Part shown: positions 62,289-64,000 of the stretch, one piece after another | Position numbering within the stretch: position 1 is the first letter of the stretch | Layout: each line of letters opens with the position of its first letter | From: Alistipes sp. | GTDB lineage: Bacteria > Bacteroidota > Bacteroidia > Bacteroidales > Rikenellaceae | Assembly (NCBI GenBank): GCA_017555805.1 | Contig: JAFZFR010000062.1 | Location: forward strand, 315 to 64,314 | Reading direction: 5' to 3' | Length of the DNA: 64,000 bases | Notes under the pieces: generated by a model | The model's database searches: none | Seen by the model: only the letters and a program-made list of their open reading frames with translations | What the model was told of the DNA's origin: nothing | Made by a program: the position numbers and the translations under genes

Positions 62289-64000
62289 ATGATGTCACAC
62301 CTCTATGCCGATATAGTCCTGCCATTGGCGCAGCCAGCATACTCCTACTCTGTCCCTGCGGGGTTGGAGTTGAGGGAGGGCGATGCTGTGGCTGTGCAGT
62401 TTGGTGCGCGCTATATCTACACTGGCATCGTGTGGCGTCTGCACAATGAGCAACCCAACGCAAAGCGAGTGAAGGCTGTTGGGCGCAGATTGTATGATGT
62501 ACCGCTGCTTAATGCCCACCAGATGCGCTTCTGGGAGTGGCTGGCGGAGTATTATATGTGTACGCTGGGTGAGGTGATGCGTATGGCGTTGCCCTCGCTC
62601 GTAAAGCCCCGCGGAGCCAACGAGGCGGAGTTCTTGGGTGCGGAGTTTTCTCCCCGCACAGAGCCCTATCTGGCACTTGCCGAGGAGTGGGCGGACGCCG
62701 AAAAGGTGGCTGCGGAGTGCGAGCGCATACGCCGCCGAGCACCACGCCGTGCAGAACTTTTGGAGCAGATAGCGCAGTTCGACCCTCGTCGTCGCAACGA
62801 GTTGGGCGAGATTCCACGCCGTCTGCTGGAGTGCGATGCGGCGCAGATTGCCGCCCTGCGTAAGGCGGGATATATAACCGTCGAGGAGCGTGAACGAAGG
62901 GTGGAACGCTCTGCGGATGTGGGATTTAACCTTCCCGAACTCTCTTTGGCCCAGCAGCGCGTGGCGGAGCAGATTTCTTCCTCTGCCGATGAGCATAAGG
63001 TGCATCTGCTGCACGGCATTACGGGTTCGGGCAAGACCGAGATATATATGCACTTCATCGCGCAGACGCTTGCTGCGGGTGGAGATGTTTTGTTGCTTGT
63101 GCCCGAGATTGCCCTCACCTCGCAACTTATCGAGCGTATGGAGCGCGTCTTTGGCTCGCGTGTGACGGCCTACCACTCCAAACTGACCGCTCTGCGCCGT
63201 ACGGAAAACTATCTGCACCTGGCGCATAGTTCGGGTGGTGAGTTGGTCATTGGCGCAAGGTCGGCGTTGTTTCTGCCGATGAACAGATTGCAGTTGGTGG
63301 TGGTCGATGAGGAGCACGACTCAAGTTATAAGCAGAGCGACACCGCACCCCGCTATCAGGGTAGGGACTGTGCTGTTGTGCTCGCCTCGCTGGCGGGCGC
63401 ACGGGTCATTCTGGGTAGTGCTACGCCCTCGCTTGAGAGTTATGCCAACGCGCAGTGGGGTAAGTATGGCTATTCGCGCCTTGAGGAGCGTTATGGCGAG
63501 TCGCGACCACCGAGGATAATCCTCTCGGACACGATGCGCTCGGTGAAGCGTGGCGAAAGAAAGAACCATTTTAATATTCAGTTAATCAACGCGATGCGTG
63601 ATGCGCTGGGGTGTGGTGAGCAGGTTATGCTGTTCCAGAATCGCAGAGGTTTCACGCCCTTTGTGCAGTGTAGCGGATGTGGCTGGACGATGCGCTGCCC
63701 GCACTGCAATGTGACCCTCACGATGCACCGCACAACCAACCGTATGGAGTGCCACTATTGCGGCTATACGGCAAATGTTCCGCACTCGTGCCCGCAGTGC
63801 GAGACCGTCGATTTGAAGCCTATGGGCTTCGGTACGGAGCGCATCGAGGAGGCGGTGGCGGAGTTGTTCCCCGAGGCTCGCGTGGCGCGCCTTGACAGGG
63901 ACACCTCGACCTCGCAGAGCGCCTATAATCGCATCGTTCGTGACTTCGAGAGTGGCGCGACCGACATCCTTGTCGGCACGCAGATGATAACCAAGGGCTT
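62289..64000 (+). CDS. priA: Primosomal protein N' (partial, runs off window end)
   Basis: Hand-read: YADIVLPLA, LLHGITGSGKTE, VVDEEHD, four CxxC pairs, LVGTQMITKG; TATATTTG at 62263. Confidence 0.95.
   Translation, partial: MMSHLYADIVLPLAQPAYSYSVPAGLELREGDAVAVQFGARYIYTGIVWRLHNEQPNAKRVKAVGRRLYDVPLLNAHQMRFWEWLAEYYMCTLGEVMRMALPSLVKPRGANEAEFLGAEFSPRTEPYLALAEEWADAEKVAAECERIRRRAPRRAELLEQIAQFDPRRRNELGEIPRRLLECDAAQIAALRKAGYITVEERERRVERSADVGFNLPELSLAQQRVAEQISSSADEHKVHLLHGITGSGKTEIYMHFIAQTLAAGGDVLLLVPEIALTSQLIERMERVFGSRVTAYHSKLTALRRTENYLHLAHSSGGELVIGARSALFLPMNRLQLVVVDEEHDSSYKQSDTAPRYQGRDCAVVLASLAGARVILGSATPSLESYANAQWGKYGYSRLEERYGESRPPRIILSDTMRSVKRGERKNHFNIQLINAMRDALGCGEQVMLFQNRRGFTPFVQCSGCGWTMRCPHCNVTLTMHRTTNRMECHYCGYTANVPHSCPQCETVDLKPMGFGTERIEEAVAELFPEARVARLDRDTSTSQSAYNRIVRDFESGATDILVGTQMITKG

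Overview
Gene-dense chromosomal window from a Bacteroidota genome, most likely Rikenellaceae/Alistipes-like. This is inferred from TAnnTTTG promoters, mqnE, lnt and gene order. Most of it is housekeeping: murA, a tgt-lptG-mqnE-PASTA-rluD-ygiQ operon, glnA-like, metF-metH, dprA-tatD-ansA, exbB-exbD-exbD, tamL/bamA-like, dapF, rpmH, dtd, cdd, def-lnt-folC and priA. I saw no rRNA, tRNA, CRISPR array, transposase or integrase. The best candidate for an undescribed system is a 10-kb five-gene operon (18779-28961): a non-SusC TonB-dependent receptor, a DUF4876-like lipoprotein, a second outer-membrane barrel, and two paralogous secreted proteins. Each paralogue has a gingipain (C25)-like His/Cys core fused to HEAT-like repeats, and the operon has a structured leader. 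Other leads: a stand-alone sRNA candidate (about 47982-48067), a lipoprotein-signal peptide deformylase next to lnt, a low-GC islet with a secreted CxxC-CxxC peptide, a DxD-less GT2 overlapping an ECF sigma, and strong depletion of GATC/AGCT/ACGT/CATG/CCGG everywhere except the exbBD operon. All calls come from reading motifs by eye; no database search was run.
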